From contig JAGRLG010000015.1 in assembly GCA_020441905.1 (NCBI GenBank), forward strand, positions 765-64,764: a stretch of 64,000 nucleotides of DNA, in the 5' to 3' direction. The DNA is from Rhodobiaceae bacterium. Its GTDB lineage: Bacteria; Pseudomonadota; Alphaproteobacteria; Rhizobiales; NORP267. How positions within the stretch are numbered: the stretch's first letter is position 1; each line of letters starts with the position of its first letter. This document shows positions 46,731 to 56,495 of this stretch, in pieces. The notes under the pieces were generated by a model that worked only from the letters and a program-made list of their open reading frames with translations, made no database searches and was not told where the DNA came from. Both the position numbers and the translations under genes were made by a program.

Positions 46731-47210
46731 ATGAAAATACTATATGCGGCGGCGGCCGCTATTGCCGCCCTCATTGCGGTATCGGCACCGGGACTTCACG
46801 CCGAGGGCATGAAAGCGGGGCCTCTTGAATTGTCGGACGCCTGGGCCCGCGCATCCTCCGGACATGAGGGCAATGGCGCCGCCTATGTGACCATCGCCAA
46901 TCATGGCGGCGAAGCCGACCGCCTGATCGGCGCCAAGTCGGACATTGCCGAAAAAACCGAGATCCATAACAATCTCATGGAAGACGGCATCATGAAGATG
47001 CGCCGGGTCGAGAGCATCGACCTCCTGCCCGGCGAGAGCGCCAGGCTGCAACCGGGCGGCTACCACATCATGTTCATCGGCCTGCACAAGCCGCTCGAGG
47101 ACGGCGCCAGCTTTCCGCTGACGCTGGTATTCGAGAAGGGCGGCGAGGTCGCGCTCGAGGTTCCGGTGAAGAAGATTGGTGCCGGCGGCGCAATGAAAAT
47201 GAACCACTAG
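46731..47210 (+). CDS. Periplasmic copper chaperone PCu(A)C
   Basis: Signal peptide. H(M)x10Mx21HxM-type motif (...EIHNNLMEDGIMKMR...GGYHIMFIGL). Confidence 0.8.
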   Translation: MKILYAAAAAIAALIAVSAPGLHAEGMKAGPLELSDAWARASSGHEGNGAAYVTIANHGGEADRLIGAKSDIAEKTEIHNNLMEDGIMKMRRVESIDLLPGESARLQPGGYHIMFIGLHKPLEDGASFPLTLVFEKGGEVALEVPVKKIGAGGAMKMNH

Positions 47211-47386
47211 ACCGAAATTCGGAGTGATTTTGGCCGCCGGGATACCTCCTTTTCTGGCGGCCGCACTCCGGCTTCCCGGGGGGCGAGCCAGATGCGGTCC
47301 TGCCCGCATCGCATCGGGCCCCCCCGGGCTGGCCGGTCCGGCAATCCGGCCGGAGGCGGCAAGGCATGAGGGGGGAAGGACATCCC

Positions 47387-47995
47387 ATGGCACGTATCAT
47401 TATCTATTCGGCGCTGGCGCTGTTTCTCGTTTTCACCGGATACCGGATGCTGAATGAAGGCCGGCCCAGCCTTGGAACGCTTCGCGACATGGCGAGCGCG
47501 CCTTTCACGCCCAAGCAGACGCACCCCTTCACCCTGACCGACCACAACGGGCAGAAGGTGAGCGACAAAAGCTTTCGCGGCCAGTTCCTGCTGGTCTTTT
47601 TCGGCTATACGCATTGCCCTGATGTCTGTCCCACCGGGCTGCTGGTGATGTCACAGGCCATGGACCTTCTCGGGGCCGACGCGGCCAGGGTGACGCCGCT
47701 GTTCATCACCGTGGATCCGGCGCGCGATGGCCCGGAGCAACTCAAGGACTATGTCGCCAATTTTCACCAAAGGCTGGTCGGGCTGACGGGAAGCGAGGCG
47801 CAGATCGAGGATGCCGCCAAGGCCTATAACGCGCGCTATGTACGCCTCGACGGCGAGGACGGCGACAAAGAGAACTACTTCATGGGGCATACCGCGACCA
47901 CCTATCTGACCGGCCCCGACGGCGTGGCGCTGACCAGCTTTGGCCATGAAACCTCGCCCGAGGACATGGCGGCGGAGATCCGCAAATTCTTGTAA
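47387..47995 (+). CDS. SCO1/SenC-family copper-binding thiol-disulfide protein
   Basis: CPDVCP motif with a downstream His, and an N-terminal TM. Start at 47387 or 47366. Confidence 0.85.
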   Translation: MARIIIYSALALFLVFTGYRMLNEGRPSLGTLRDMASAPFTPKQTHPFTLTDHNGQKVSDKSFRGQFLLVFFGYTHCPDVCPTGLLVMSQAMDLLGADAARVTPLFITVDPARDGPEQLKDYVANFHQRLVGLTGSEAQIEDAAKAYNARYVRLDGEDGDKENYFMGHTATTYLTGPDGVALTSFGHETSPEDMAAEIRKFL

Positions 47996-47998
47996 CGA

Positions 47999-48781
47999 TC
48001 AGCGCCGGGCGAGGATGGCGGCCAGGTCATCATGAAGAATGGCGTTGCTGGCGAGAATGTCCGAGCTGGCGAGCAAGGGGCGCGGCGCGGTATCGAAAGC
48101 TGTCACCCGGCCGCCTGCTTCGGTGATCAGAAGCGCGCCGGCGAGGGTATCCCAGGGACTCAATGCCTCCTCGCAGAAGGCATCGAGCCAGCCCCTGGCG
48201 ACATAGGCCAGCACCAGCGCCGGCGCGCCGGTGGTGCGCACATCGCGGGCGACGGCGACGAACTGGCGCACGCGCCAGGCGAAATTGTCGAGCACCGCCG
48301 GATCCTCCGACTGCACCTGGGTCGCCAGGATGGCGCCGCGCAGGCCGGCGGTCGCGGAAACCGCCATGGGCTGGCCATTGTGAAAGGCGCCTTCGCCGCG
48401 CACGGCGGTGAACAGGTCGTCATGGCGCGGGTCGTAGACCACCGCCAGGGCGACGCCGCCGCCATCGCAATAGGCAATGGCGACGCAGTAGAAAGGAAAT
48501 CCGTGGGCATAGCTGGCGGTGCCGTCGAGGGGGTCGACGACCCATAGCGAGCCGCTTTCGATATCGCCGACGGTGCCTTCCTCGCTCAAGATCGCGTCAT
48601 CGGGAAAGGCGGCGGCCAGCACCTCGACAATGGCCTCGTGGGAATGCAGGTCGATTTCGGTGACGACGCTCATGCGCGACTGCGTTTTTTCGCGCACATC
48701 GAAGCCGCGCCCGTGGCCGCGATTCAGGATGCCGCCGGCGGCGCGCGCGGCGGCGATGGCGGTTTGCAGGCGCTCCCTCAT
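47999..48781 (-). CDS. Inositol monophosphatase family protein (SuhB-like)
   Basis: WVVDPLDGT and WDTLAG motifs. Confidence 0.85.
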   Translation of the reverse strand: MRERLQTAIAAARAAGGILNRGHGRGFDVREKTQSRMSVVTEIDLHSHEAIVEVLAAAFPDDAILSEEGTVGDIESGSLWVVDPLDGTASYAHGFPFYCVAIAYCDGGGVALAVVYDPRHDDLFTAVRGEGAFHNGQPMAVSATAGLRGAILATQVQSEDPAVLDNFAWRVRQFVAVARDVRTTGAPALVLAYVARGWLDAFCEEALSPWDTLAGALLITEAGGRVTAFDTAPRPLLASSDILASNAILHDDLAAILARR

Positions 48782-48906
48782 CCTTTGCCCCGGTCGTTGC
48801 TTGCCCCGGATCGCCCGGCCGTTGTGGCCGGCCCCGTAATAGGGGAACGGTCTTTAGCCTGCCACTTGCGGTCGGCGAAGGCGCGGACGGTGAAAGGCGC
48901 GGCGGG

Positions 48907-49788
48907 CTAGACTTGCCCGCCCACGGCGCGGGCCTGCAGCCGGTCCCATTCGGCATCGGTTTCCGCCTGCAGACCGGCGATCTGGTCCGCCGACAGGTGG
49001 CGGTAGCGCTTCTGTTCCTTCAGATAGGTTTCCACGCTCTGGCTCCGGGTCCCGACGCTGAGGCGGTAGTCCACCCCGTCGAAAACCTCGAAGAGCGGGA
49101 AGACACCCGATTCCACCGCCTTGCGCGCCGTGCGCACGGCGGCGTTATCGGGCAGCCCCCAGCCGGGAAGGCAGGGCACGAGGACGATGATGACCTTGGT
49201 GCCACGGATCGATTTGGCCTTTTCCACCTTGGCGGCAAGATCGTTGAGATGGGACGGACTGACGGTGGCGATATAGGGAATGCGATGGGCGGCAAGGATC
49301 TCGATGAGATTCTTCTTGCGCGTCGTCTTGCCCGCCGGGGTGCTGCCGGTGACCGCGTTTTTCGGCGTCGAGGAACTCTTCTGCCCCCCGGTGTTCATGT
49401 AACCCTCGTTGTCGAAGCAGATATAGAGGATGTCCTCGTTGCGCTCGGCCGCCGAGGACAGGGCCTGAAGGCCGATATCATAGGTGCCGCCATCGCCGGC
49501 AAGGCAGATTACCGTGGTGTCCGGCTTGCCCTGTGCCAGCAGGGCGCGCTTGATGCCGCTGGCCGATGCGGCGCCGGATTCCAGCGTGGTGTGAAAGACC
49601 GGAATCTTCACCGCGCTCATCGGGTAGCCGCCGCAGATGACGGCGGAGCACGACGGCGACACAACGCCGATCGCATCCTTTCCCACCGTGTTGAGGATGA
49701 CCCGCAAGGCCAGCGCCTCGACACAGCCGCCGCAAGCGACATGCCCGGAAGAAAACTGGCCCTCGTCCTGGTATTTGATCAGTTCCAT
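48907..49788 (-). CDS. 2-oxoacid:ferredoxin oxidoreductase beta subunit (TPP-binding, PorB-like)
   Basis: CGGC... Fe-S cysteines and the TPP motif GDGGTYDIG...NEGYMNTGGQ. Confidence 0.85.
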   Translation of the reverse strand: MELIKYQDEGQFSSGHVACGGCVEALALRVILNTVGKDAIGVVSPSCSAVICGGYPMSAVKIPVFHTTLESGAASASGIKRALLAQGKPDTTVICLAGDGGTYDIGLQALSSAAERNEDILYICFDNEGYMNTGGQKSSSTPKNAVTGSTPAGKTTRKKNLIEILAAHRIPYIATVSPSHLNDLAAKVEKAKSIRGTKVIIVLVPCLPGWGLPDNAAVRTARKAVESGVFPLFEVFDGVDYRLSVGTRSQSVETYLKEQKRYRHLSADQIAGLQAETDAEWDRLQARAVGGQV

Positions 49789-49792
49789 GGCT

Positions 49793-50950
49793 TCATTCCA
49801 CCCAGACCGGTCCGACGACCGGTTCTTTGCCCGAAAATTCGCTGACCAGCTGCTCGATCCTGCCCGGCGCGACATTGACGCCGCCAACCCCGGTGAGCAG
49901 GCCGTGGAGACGCGGCGCGCCGGCCAGACCGTAAAGCGCGCTTTTCAGCTCCTGGTGCAGAACGCCGCCGGTGCCGGGCGAATAGTTGCGGTCGAGCACC
50001 AGGGCGCATGGCACGCCGGCCAGCGCCTCGCGCAGCGCGGCGACGGGCAGCGGGCGGAACAGCCTGACTTTCAGCATGCCCACCGCGACCCCCTTGTCAC
50101 GCATTTCGTCCACGGCGTCGCGCACCGTGCCACACATCGAACCCATGGTGACAATCACCACCTCGGCGTCCTCGGTGCGGTAGAATTCCAGCGGGCCGTA
50201 GCTGCGCCCGGTGAGGGCGCCCCAGTCGCGCCCGGCGTCGATGACGAGATCGTTGACCGTCTGCATCGAGGCGTCCAGTTCCCGCCGGCTGCGGTTCCAG
50301 TTGGCCTGGTCGTTGGGCGCGCCAAAGGAACGGCCGATCTCGGTATCGAGGCGGATATCGCTCCTGAAGGCGGGGAGGAATTCGTCGACCAGGGACTGGG
50401 AGGGTACATCCACCGGCTCGACGGCATGGGAGACATAAAAGGCGTCATGGCTGATCATGACCGGGATCCTGGCGGTTTCGGCAACGCGGAAGGCCTGGAT
50501 GACGCTGTCGAGGGATTCCTGCGGCGTTTCGCTATAGAGCTGGATCCAGCCGGTATCGCGCTGGGCCAGGCTGTCGAGCTGATCGGGCCAGAAGCCCCAG
50601 GGCGCGGCGGGGGTGCGGTTGACATTGCACATGACGATCGAGGCCCGGGCGCCGGAGGCGTAGTGCAGCAATTCGTGCATCAGCAGCAGGCCCTGGGACG
50701 ACGTGGCGGTGAAGACCCGCGCTCCGGTCAGCGAGGCTGAAATGCAGGCCGACATGGCGGAATGCTCCGATTCCGGCGTCAGCAGTTCGGCCGCGATCTG
50801 CCCTTCCGCCTGCAACTCGGTGATCTTTTCAAGGATCGGCGTCTGCGGGGTGATCGGATAGACCGGTATGACGTCCGGGCGGGCCAGCCGGACGCCGTGG
50901 GCCACTGCGTGATTGCCGCTCAAAAGCAGGCCGTTGGCATTTCCGTGCAT
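49793..50950 (-). CDS. 2-oxoacid:ferredoxin oxidoreductase alpha subunit (PorA-like)
   Basis: ...GNHAVAHGVRLARPDVIPVYPITPQT... is a typical POR_N start. Confidence 0.85.
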   Translation of the reverse strand: MHGNANGLLLSGNHAVAHGVRLARPDVIPVYPITPQTPILEKITELQAEGQIAAELLTPESEHSAMSACISASLTGARVFTATSSQGLLLMHELLHYASGARASIVMCNVNRTPAAPWGFWPDQLDSLAQRDTGWIQLYSETPQESLDSVIQAFRVAETARIPVMISHDAFYVSHAVEPVDVPSQSLVDEFLPAFRSDIRLDTEIGRSFGAPNDQANWNRSRRELDASMQTVNDLVIDAGRDWGALTGRSYGPLEFYRTEDAEVVIVTMGSMCGTVRDAVDEMRDKGVAVGMLKVRLFRPLPVAALREALAGVPCALVLDRNYSPGTGGVLHQELKSALYGLAGAPRLHGLLTGVGGVNVAPGRIEQLVSEFSGKEPVVGPVWVE

Positions 50951-50954
50951 CTGT

Positions 50955-52604
50955 CTACCCCCGGGTGTCTTCGTACATCATGACCGAGCCGGTCGGGCAC
51001 TCCTCGACGCAGAGGCCGCAGCCCTTGCAATAGTCGGTCTTGACCTCGTAGCCGTGCTCGAGCTTGGTGATCGCCATATCCGGACAATAGAAATAGCAGT
51101 TGTCGCAATAGATGCAGGTGCCGCAGCTGAAGCAGCGGCTGGCCTCGGCCAGCGCCGCGGCGCGGCTCAGGCCCTGCTGCACTTCGCCAAAACCTTCAAG
51201 CCGCTCGGCGACCCCGGCGGTGGCGGCGATATTGCGGGCAACCGGCGGATAGTAGTGGGTGTTGATCTCGCTGAAGGGCACTTCCGGCCCTTTGGCGCCA
51301 GCGGCGCCGTCCGCCTCGGCGCCGATAAAGCGGGCGATTCCGGCTGCCGCCTCCTTGCCCATGCCGACCGCCTGAGTCACGAAGCGATCCATGGACGCGA
51401 CATCGCCGCCGGAGAAGATTCCGGCAGCGCTGGTCTGCCAGGACCCGTCGGTGGCGACAAGCGGTCCGGCGCTGTCGATGAGCCCGCTCCAGCGCGAGGT
51501 GTCGGCATTCTGGCCGATCGAGGGAACGACCGCGTCGGCGGCAAGCTCGAACTCGGTGCCCGCCATGGGCGCGAGCGAGAATTCGCCGCGCTTGTCGCCG
51601 GGCTTGAAATCGACGCGGATGCAGCTGAGCGTCAGGCCGCCGGCCCCGGCATCGAGCGACTTCATCATGGCGCCGGTTACGAATGTGATGCCTTCCTCCA
51701 GCGCTTCGTCGACCTCCACCCTTTGCGCCGGCAGCAAGTGCTCCGGCTCAAGGGCGAGCACCGTGACCTCTTTGCCGAGCCGGCGCGCCGTGCGCGCGAC
51801 ATCCATGGCGGCGCTGCCGCCGCCGACGACGACAACGCGGGGGCCGGTCTGGCTCGGCGCGCCGGAATTGGCCGCGGCGAGAAATTCGGCGCTGTCGATG
51901 ACCCAGGGCTGGGCATAATCGAGGCCGGGCAGAACCTTGGACGAGGTGGCGCCGGTGGCGAGATAGACCGCGTCATGGTCGCGGCGCAGTTTCTCCAGCG
52001 CCGCGGCATCGAGAATCTCGCTGTTGAGATGCACTTCGACGCCGAGATCGAGAATACGCTGGACTTCGCCGTCGAGGATCGCCTTGTCGAGGCGGTAGTC
52101 GGGAATGCCATAGCGCAGCAGGCCGCCCAGCTGGCCGCGCGATTCGAACAGCACGACGCGCAAGCCCCGGCGGCGCAGCTGATAGGCCGCCGACAGCCCC
52201 GCCGGGCCGCCGCCGACGATCGCCACCGACTGGCCGCGCTCGGCCGCCGGAGCATCGAAGCGCCAGCCCTCGGCCAGGGCGCTGTCGCCGACAAAGCGCT
52301 CCAGGCTGCAAATACTCACCGTTTCGTCATGGAACTGGCGGTTGCAGGCGCTCTCGCAAGGGTGATGGCAGATGCGCCCGGCAATGGCCGGGAAAGGATT
52401 GTTGTCGACGAGCGTTTCCCAGGCGGCGCGGTAGTCCTGTTTGCCGACATGGCGGATCCACTCGGCGATGCGCCCGGAAACCGGGCAGGCGCCAAGGCAG
52501 GGCGAAGGCAGGTTGCGATAGTCGGGCATGGCGCTGCGCCATGTTCCGGTGAGCCGCGACTGGGAAGACTGGGTCGTCCAAAGGGAAGATTGCAGTAGAT
52601 TCAT
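50955..52604 (-). CDS. GltD-like NAD(P)H flavoprotein fused to a 2x[4Fe-4S] delta-ferredoxin domain
   Basis: N-terminal Fe-S cysteines (CLGACP, CHHPCESAC). GGGPAGLSAA and VVVGGGSAAMD dinucleotide folds. C-terminal CIYCDNCYFYCP and CKGCGLCVEECP. It occupies the porD position between porG and porA. Confidence 0.8.
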   Translation of the reverse strand: MNLLQSSLWTTQSSQSRLTGTWRSAMPDYRNLPSPCLGACPVSGRIAEWIRHVGKQDYRAAWETLVDNNPFPAIAGRICHHPCESACNRQFHDETVSICSLERFVGDSALAEGWRFDAPAAERGQSVAIVGGGPAGLSAAYQLRRRGLRVVLFESRGQLGGLLRYGIPDYRLDKAILDGEVQRILDLGVEVHLNSEILDAAALEKLRRDHDAVYLATGATSSKVLPGLDYAQPWVIDSAEFLAAANSGAPSQTGPRVVVVGGGSAAMDVARTARRLGKEVTVLALEPEHLLPAQRVEVDEALEEGITFVTGAMMKSLDAGAGGLTLSCIRVDFKPGDKRGEFSLAPMAGTEFELAADAVVPSIGQNADTSRWSGLIDSAGPLVATDGSWQTSAAGIFSGGDVASMDRFVTQAVGMGKEAAAGIARFIGAEADGAAGAKGPEVPFSEINTHYYPPVARNIAATAGVAERLEGFGEVQQGLSRAAALAEASRCFSCGTCIYCDNCYFYCPDMAITKLEHGYEVKTDYCKGCGLCVEECPTGSVMMYEDTRG

Positions 52605-52619
52605 CGCTCCGCTTTCCCG

Positions 52620-53162
52620 CTAGATGGCGCCGCGCGCCTGGTCGTAGGCATATTGGCAGGCGGCGATATTCTGCTGTTTCTTGGCCGGTGCCGTCTGCTC
52701 GATGACGCCGCACATGGTCTTGATGCCGGGTTGGTCCAGGGTGGCGACAAAGGCGCCCAGAAGCGCGGAATTGACCACCTTGCCCATGTCGAACCTGCGC
52801 GCGATCTCGGCGCCATTCACGGTGACAATCCGGTAGTCGCCAAGGGCGTCAAAAGCGTCCCGGCCCTTGGCGGTATTGACCACGATCACGGTTTCGCTGT
52901 CGACGTTGCGCAGGAAATTGGCGTCGAGCAGGCTGCCGTCGAAACACAGCATGGCCGAGGCGCGCTCGATGTTGCAGCGCCGCCGCACCGGCTTGTCGTC
53001 GACCCGGATCGAGGAGGTGACCGGCGTGCCGCGCCGTGCCCCGCCATAGGTGGCAAAGGTCTGGACGAACTTGCCCTCGGCATAGAAGGCCTGCGCCAAC
53101 TGGTTGCCGGCGGTCTGTGCGCCCTGGCCGCCTCGGCCGAGTATGATGATCTCGCGCATCAA
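52620..53162 (-). CDS. 2-oxoacid:ferredoxin oxidoreductase gamma subunit (PorG-like)
   Basis: IIILGRGGQGAQTAGNQLA...YGGARRG pattern. Confidence 0.8.
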   Translation of the reverse strand: MMREIIILGRGGQGAQTAGNQLAQAFYAEGKFVQTFATYGGARRGTPVTSSIRVDDKPVRRRCNIERASAMLCFDGSLLDANFLRNVDSETVIVVNTAKGRDAFDALGDYRIVTVNGAEIARRFDMGKVVNSALLGAFVATLDQPGIKTMCGVIEQTAPAKKQQNIAACQYAYDQARGAI

Positions 53163-53312
53163 CCTGAATCCCCCCGTGTTCCGATTATCGCCTCACCCTG
53201 CCCTTGCGGCGCCCCGGCGGCCTGGCACTGGCCGGGCCCGACCGGGCCCGCATTGGTGGGCGCCAGCGCAAGAATATGGCCGCGTATGTGGTCTGCCGCC
53301 GGCCCATTCCAT

Positions 53313-53332
53313 ACTTTAGAAATATTCAAAGT
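53313..53332. promoter_or_regulatory. Imperfect 20-bp palindrome upstream of the por cluster (candidate LysR-type operator)
   Basis: ACTTTAGAAA|TATTCAAAGT has 8 of 10 arm pairs. It lies in an AT-rich patch ~150 bp upstream of the porG start. Confidence 0.3.
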
Positions 53333-53431
53333 TAATCAGTCCCTTACGCCCCCTCACGCCGGGTCAAGACTTTGAAGCGATCGCCGCGCCAAGGCAACAG
53401 ATTTACGTTTTGTCGCGTCACTATGCCCGCT

Positions 53432-54337
53432 TCATGGCTGGCAATGGCGCAGAAGCTGGCCGCGCACCCAGCGGTGCACCTTGTCGGTATCGAGACGGCG
53501 GTGCCAGATCAGCTGGTGAGACATCGGCTCGATGTCGAAGGGCAGCGGATGGGTGGCAAGGGCGAAATGGTCGGCAAAATAGGACGCGGTGCGCCGCGTG
53601 AAGACCCCGATCAAATCGCTTTGCCTCAGCAGGCTCGGCACGAGGGTAAAATTTCCAAGCGATATGCGCGCGATCCGTTCGCGCCCAATGCGCGCCAGCA
53701 TGGTGTCGAAGGCCGCCTTCCGGTCGCCGCCGGAACTGACGACGAGATGGGGAAACGACAGCAGGGCGTCGATGTCGAACGGCTTGCGGCGGTCCTTGAT
53801 CGGGTGATCCGGCCGGCACAGGCAGACAAGTTCCTCGCTGAAGGCGGGACTGCTCATGATCCGGGGCGGCAACTGGTCGAACCAGCCCAGGGCAAGGTCG
53901 ATTTCCTGGCTTTCGATCAGGCGAATGGCGTGGTCGCGGTCGCTGGTGCGCAAATCGATCGATATGCCCGGCGCGAGCCTGGCCAGTGCGCCGAGAAAGG
54001 GCAGAAATACCGGCAGGCTGAGCCGGTCCGGGGCGCCAATGGCAAATTGCGCCGTGCTGGTTGCCGGATCTAGATCGGCGGCGCGGGAAAGGGATCGTTG
54101 CGTTGTCAGCATGATCTCTTCGGCGGCACGGCCCAATTCTTCGGCCCGCGGCGTCGGGATCAGGCCGCCCGGCGTGCGCACGAAAAGCGGGTCATCGAAT
54201 TGTTCGCGAAGGCGCTTGAGCGCGTTGGATATGGCCGATTGGGTCTTGCCCAGCCGTTCGCCGGTGCGGGTGACGCTGCGTTCCTCCATCAGGGCGTGAA
54301 GGACGATGAAAAGGTTCATGTCGAAGTTTCGCAGCAT
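53432..54337 (-). CDS. LysR-family transcriptional regulator
   Basis: N-terminal HTH MNLFIVLHALMEERSVTRTGERLGKTQSAISNALKRLR. ATG 54337 chosen. Confidence 0.9.
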   Translation of the reverse strand: MLRNFDMNLFIVLHALMEERSVTRTGERLGKTQSAISNALKRLREQFDDPLFVRTPGGLIPTPRAEELGRAAEEIMLTTQRSLSRAADLDPATSTAQFAIGAPDRLSLPVFLPFLGALARLAPGISIDLRTSDRDHAIRLIESQEIDLALGWFDQLPPRIMSSPAFSEELVCLCRPDHPIKDRRKPFDIDALLSFPHLVVSSGGDRKAAFDTMLARIGRERIARISLGNFTLVPSLLRQSDLIGVFTRRTASYFADHFALATHPLPFDIEPMSHQLIWHRRLDTDKVHRWVRGQLLRHCQP

Positions 54338-54531
54338 GCCGGCAGCGCCTAATATATTAATTTGAATGATGATATACATAAATACCATTGATTTGCAAAA
54401 TGTTTGGCCGCTACCTAATCTCAACTTGGAATAAAAATAACGTCTGCTGGTGAGGTCCCCTTGCTCCCGTTTGTCGACGGGAACCGCCTGCAACCGATCC
54501 GGCGCGCCGCTATTTGCCCGAGGAACCCCGA

Positions 54532-56457
54532 ATGACGCTCGAGCAGACCCCCGCGCGGCTCACCAATTGGGTGATCGCGGCCTTGTCCACGGCGATGTGC
54601 GTGGCCTGCATCTTGTGGAATATCGAAGCGCCGACGCGCCTCGGCGTGGCCGTCCTGACCCAGCAATACATGGCCCTGCAATTGGGGCTGGCGTTGACAA
54701 TCGCCTATCTGCGCTTCGGTTTTACCGGCAAGGCGAAGACGCGGATCGGCTGGTTCGACGGCGCCATCGCGGCCATTGCCTTCATGACGCTTCTCTATGC
54801 GGCCTGGGATTTTTCCTGGCTCCTGAGCGAGCAATTCTACCGCCCCTGGCAGATCACCGTGATCGGCACGGTGGTGACGATCACGGTGATGGAAGGCATC
54901 CGGCGCCGCGCCGGATCGATGCTCTTTGCCATCGTCGCGGTGTTTCTCGTCTATGCCCTGTTCGCCGACCAGGTGCCCGGCCGCCTGATCGGCAAGGAAC
55001 TCAGCCCGGTGCGGCTGGTGCAGTATATCGGCTTTGATTCCAGCGCCGTCTTTTCCTCGCCGCTGGCGGTGGGAACAATCATCGTTCTGCTGTTCGTCTT
55101 CTTCGGCCGGCTGCTGTTCGCCGCCGGCGGAGGCGCCTTTTTTACCGATCTCGCCATGGCGGCGACCGGCAGGTCGCGGGGCGGCAGCGCCAAGATCTCG
55201 GTCGTCGGTTCGGCGCTGTTCGGCTCGATCTCGGGCAGCGCGGTGTCGAATGTGGTGACCACCGGGGTGGTGACCATCCCGCTCATGGAGAAGGGCGGCT
55301 ATTCCAGCCGCGACGCCGGCGCGATCGAGTCCGTCGCCTCGACCGGCGGCCAACTGACGCCGCCGATCATGGGCGCTGCGGCCTTCCTGATGGCCGAGTT
55401 TCTCGACATCTCCTACATGGCGGTGGCGGCGGCAGCCCTGCTCCCGGCGGCGCTCTATTATTTCAGCGTATTCCTACAGGTCGACCTCATTGCCGGGCGC
55501 GACCATATCCGCTCCAGCGACAGCGACAGCCTGACCGTGGGCGAGGTCCTGGGCGCGGGCTGGCATTTCGCGCTGCCCTTCGGAGTGCTGCTGGCCGCGC
55601 TCTTCTGGTGGCGGATCGACCCTGAGGACAGCGCCCTGCTGGCCTCGATCGCCATCGTCGTGGTGGGCTTCCTGCGCGGCTATCGTGGCCAGCGCCTGAC
55701 CCTGCCGGCGCTCGGGCGCGTGTTCGTCGAGACAGGAACCTCGATGGTCGACCTGATCCTCGTCGTCGCCGCGGCGGGCTTCGTCATCGGCGTGCTCAAT
55801 ATTACCGGGCTGGGCTTCGCCCTCACCCTGGTTCTGGTGGATACCATCGGTTCAAACGTCATCCTGCTGCTTTTCATGTCGGCGCTGATCTGCATCGTCC
55901 TTGGCATGGGAATGCCGACATCCGGCATCTATGTCCTGCTCGCCGCGCTGGTCGCGCCATCGCTGGTCAAGGCCGGCATCGAGCCGATCGCGGCCCATCT
56001 CTTCATTCTCTATTTCGGCATGATGTCGATGATCACGCCGCCGGTGGCGCTGGCCGCCTTCGCGGCGGCGACCATCACCAAGGCGGATCCGCTGGCGACC
56101 GGCTTTGCCGCCATGCGCATCGGCTGGGCCTCGTTCATCCTGCCTTTCGTCTTTGTCGCCTCGCCCGCGCTTCTCCTCGAGGGCAGTTGGGGCGAGATCG
56201 CGGCGACATTCTCGCTGTCGATCGCCGGCATCGGAGCGGTGACGGCGGCAATGGTGGGGTTCTGGAGCCGGCCACTCGGGCTGGCGGCGCGCGCCGCGCT
56301 GATGCTGCTCGGCGTGATGGCGCTGCCGCTCGGCTTTGTGCCGGGCGCCGAGGCGCTGCACATTCCCTCGGCCATGGCGGTGGCCGCCATTATCGCCGGA
56401 CTCACCATTCGCGGCGCGCGGCGCGCGCCAAGCGGCGGCAGCTCGAAAACTGTATGA
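54532..56457 (+). CDS. TAXI-type TRAP transporter fused permease (DctQM-like)
   Basis: Polytopic protein of ~641 aa in the TIGR02123-like pattern, adjacent to a TAXI binding protein. Confidence 0.85.
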   Translation: MTLEQTPARLTNWVIAALSTAMCVACILWNIEAPTRLGVAVLTQQYMALQLGLALTIAYLRFGFTGKAKTRIGWFDGAIAAIAFMTLLYAAWDFSWLLSEQFYRPWQITVIGTVVTITVMEGIRRRAGSMLFAIVAVFLVYALFADQVPGRLIGKELSPVRLVQYIGFDSSAVFSSPLAVGTIIVLLFVFFGRLLFAAGGGAFFTDLAMAATGRSRGGSAKISVVGSALFGSISGSAVSNVVTTGVVTIPLMEKGGYSSRDAGAIESVASTGGQLTPPIMGAAAFLMAEFLDISYMAVAAAALLPAALYYFSVFLQVDLIAGRDHIRSSDSDSLTVGEVLGAGWHFALPFGVLLAALFWWRIDPEDSALLASIAIVVVGFLRGYRGQRLTLPALGRVFVETGTSMVDLILVVAAAGFVIGVLNITGLGFALTLVLVDTIGSNVILLLFMSALICIVLGMGMPTSGIYVLLAALVAPSLVKAGIEPIAAHLFILYFGMMSMITPPVALAAFAAATITKADPLATGFAAMRIGWASFILPFVFVASPALLLEGSWGEIAATFSLSIAGIGAVTAAMVGFWSRPLGLAARAALMLLGVMALPLGFVPGAEALHIPSAMAVAAIIAGLTIRGARRAPSGGSSKTV

Positions 56458-56495
56458 AACGGTGCGGCAAGGCACCAGAGAGAAGGGAGAGAAAC

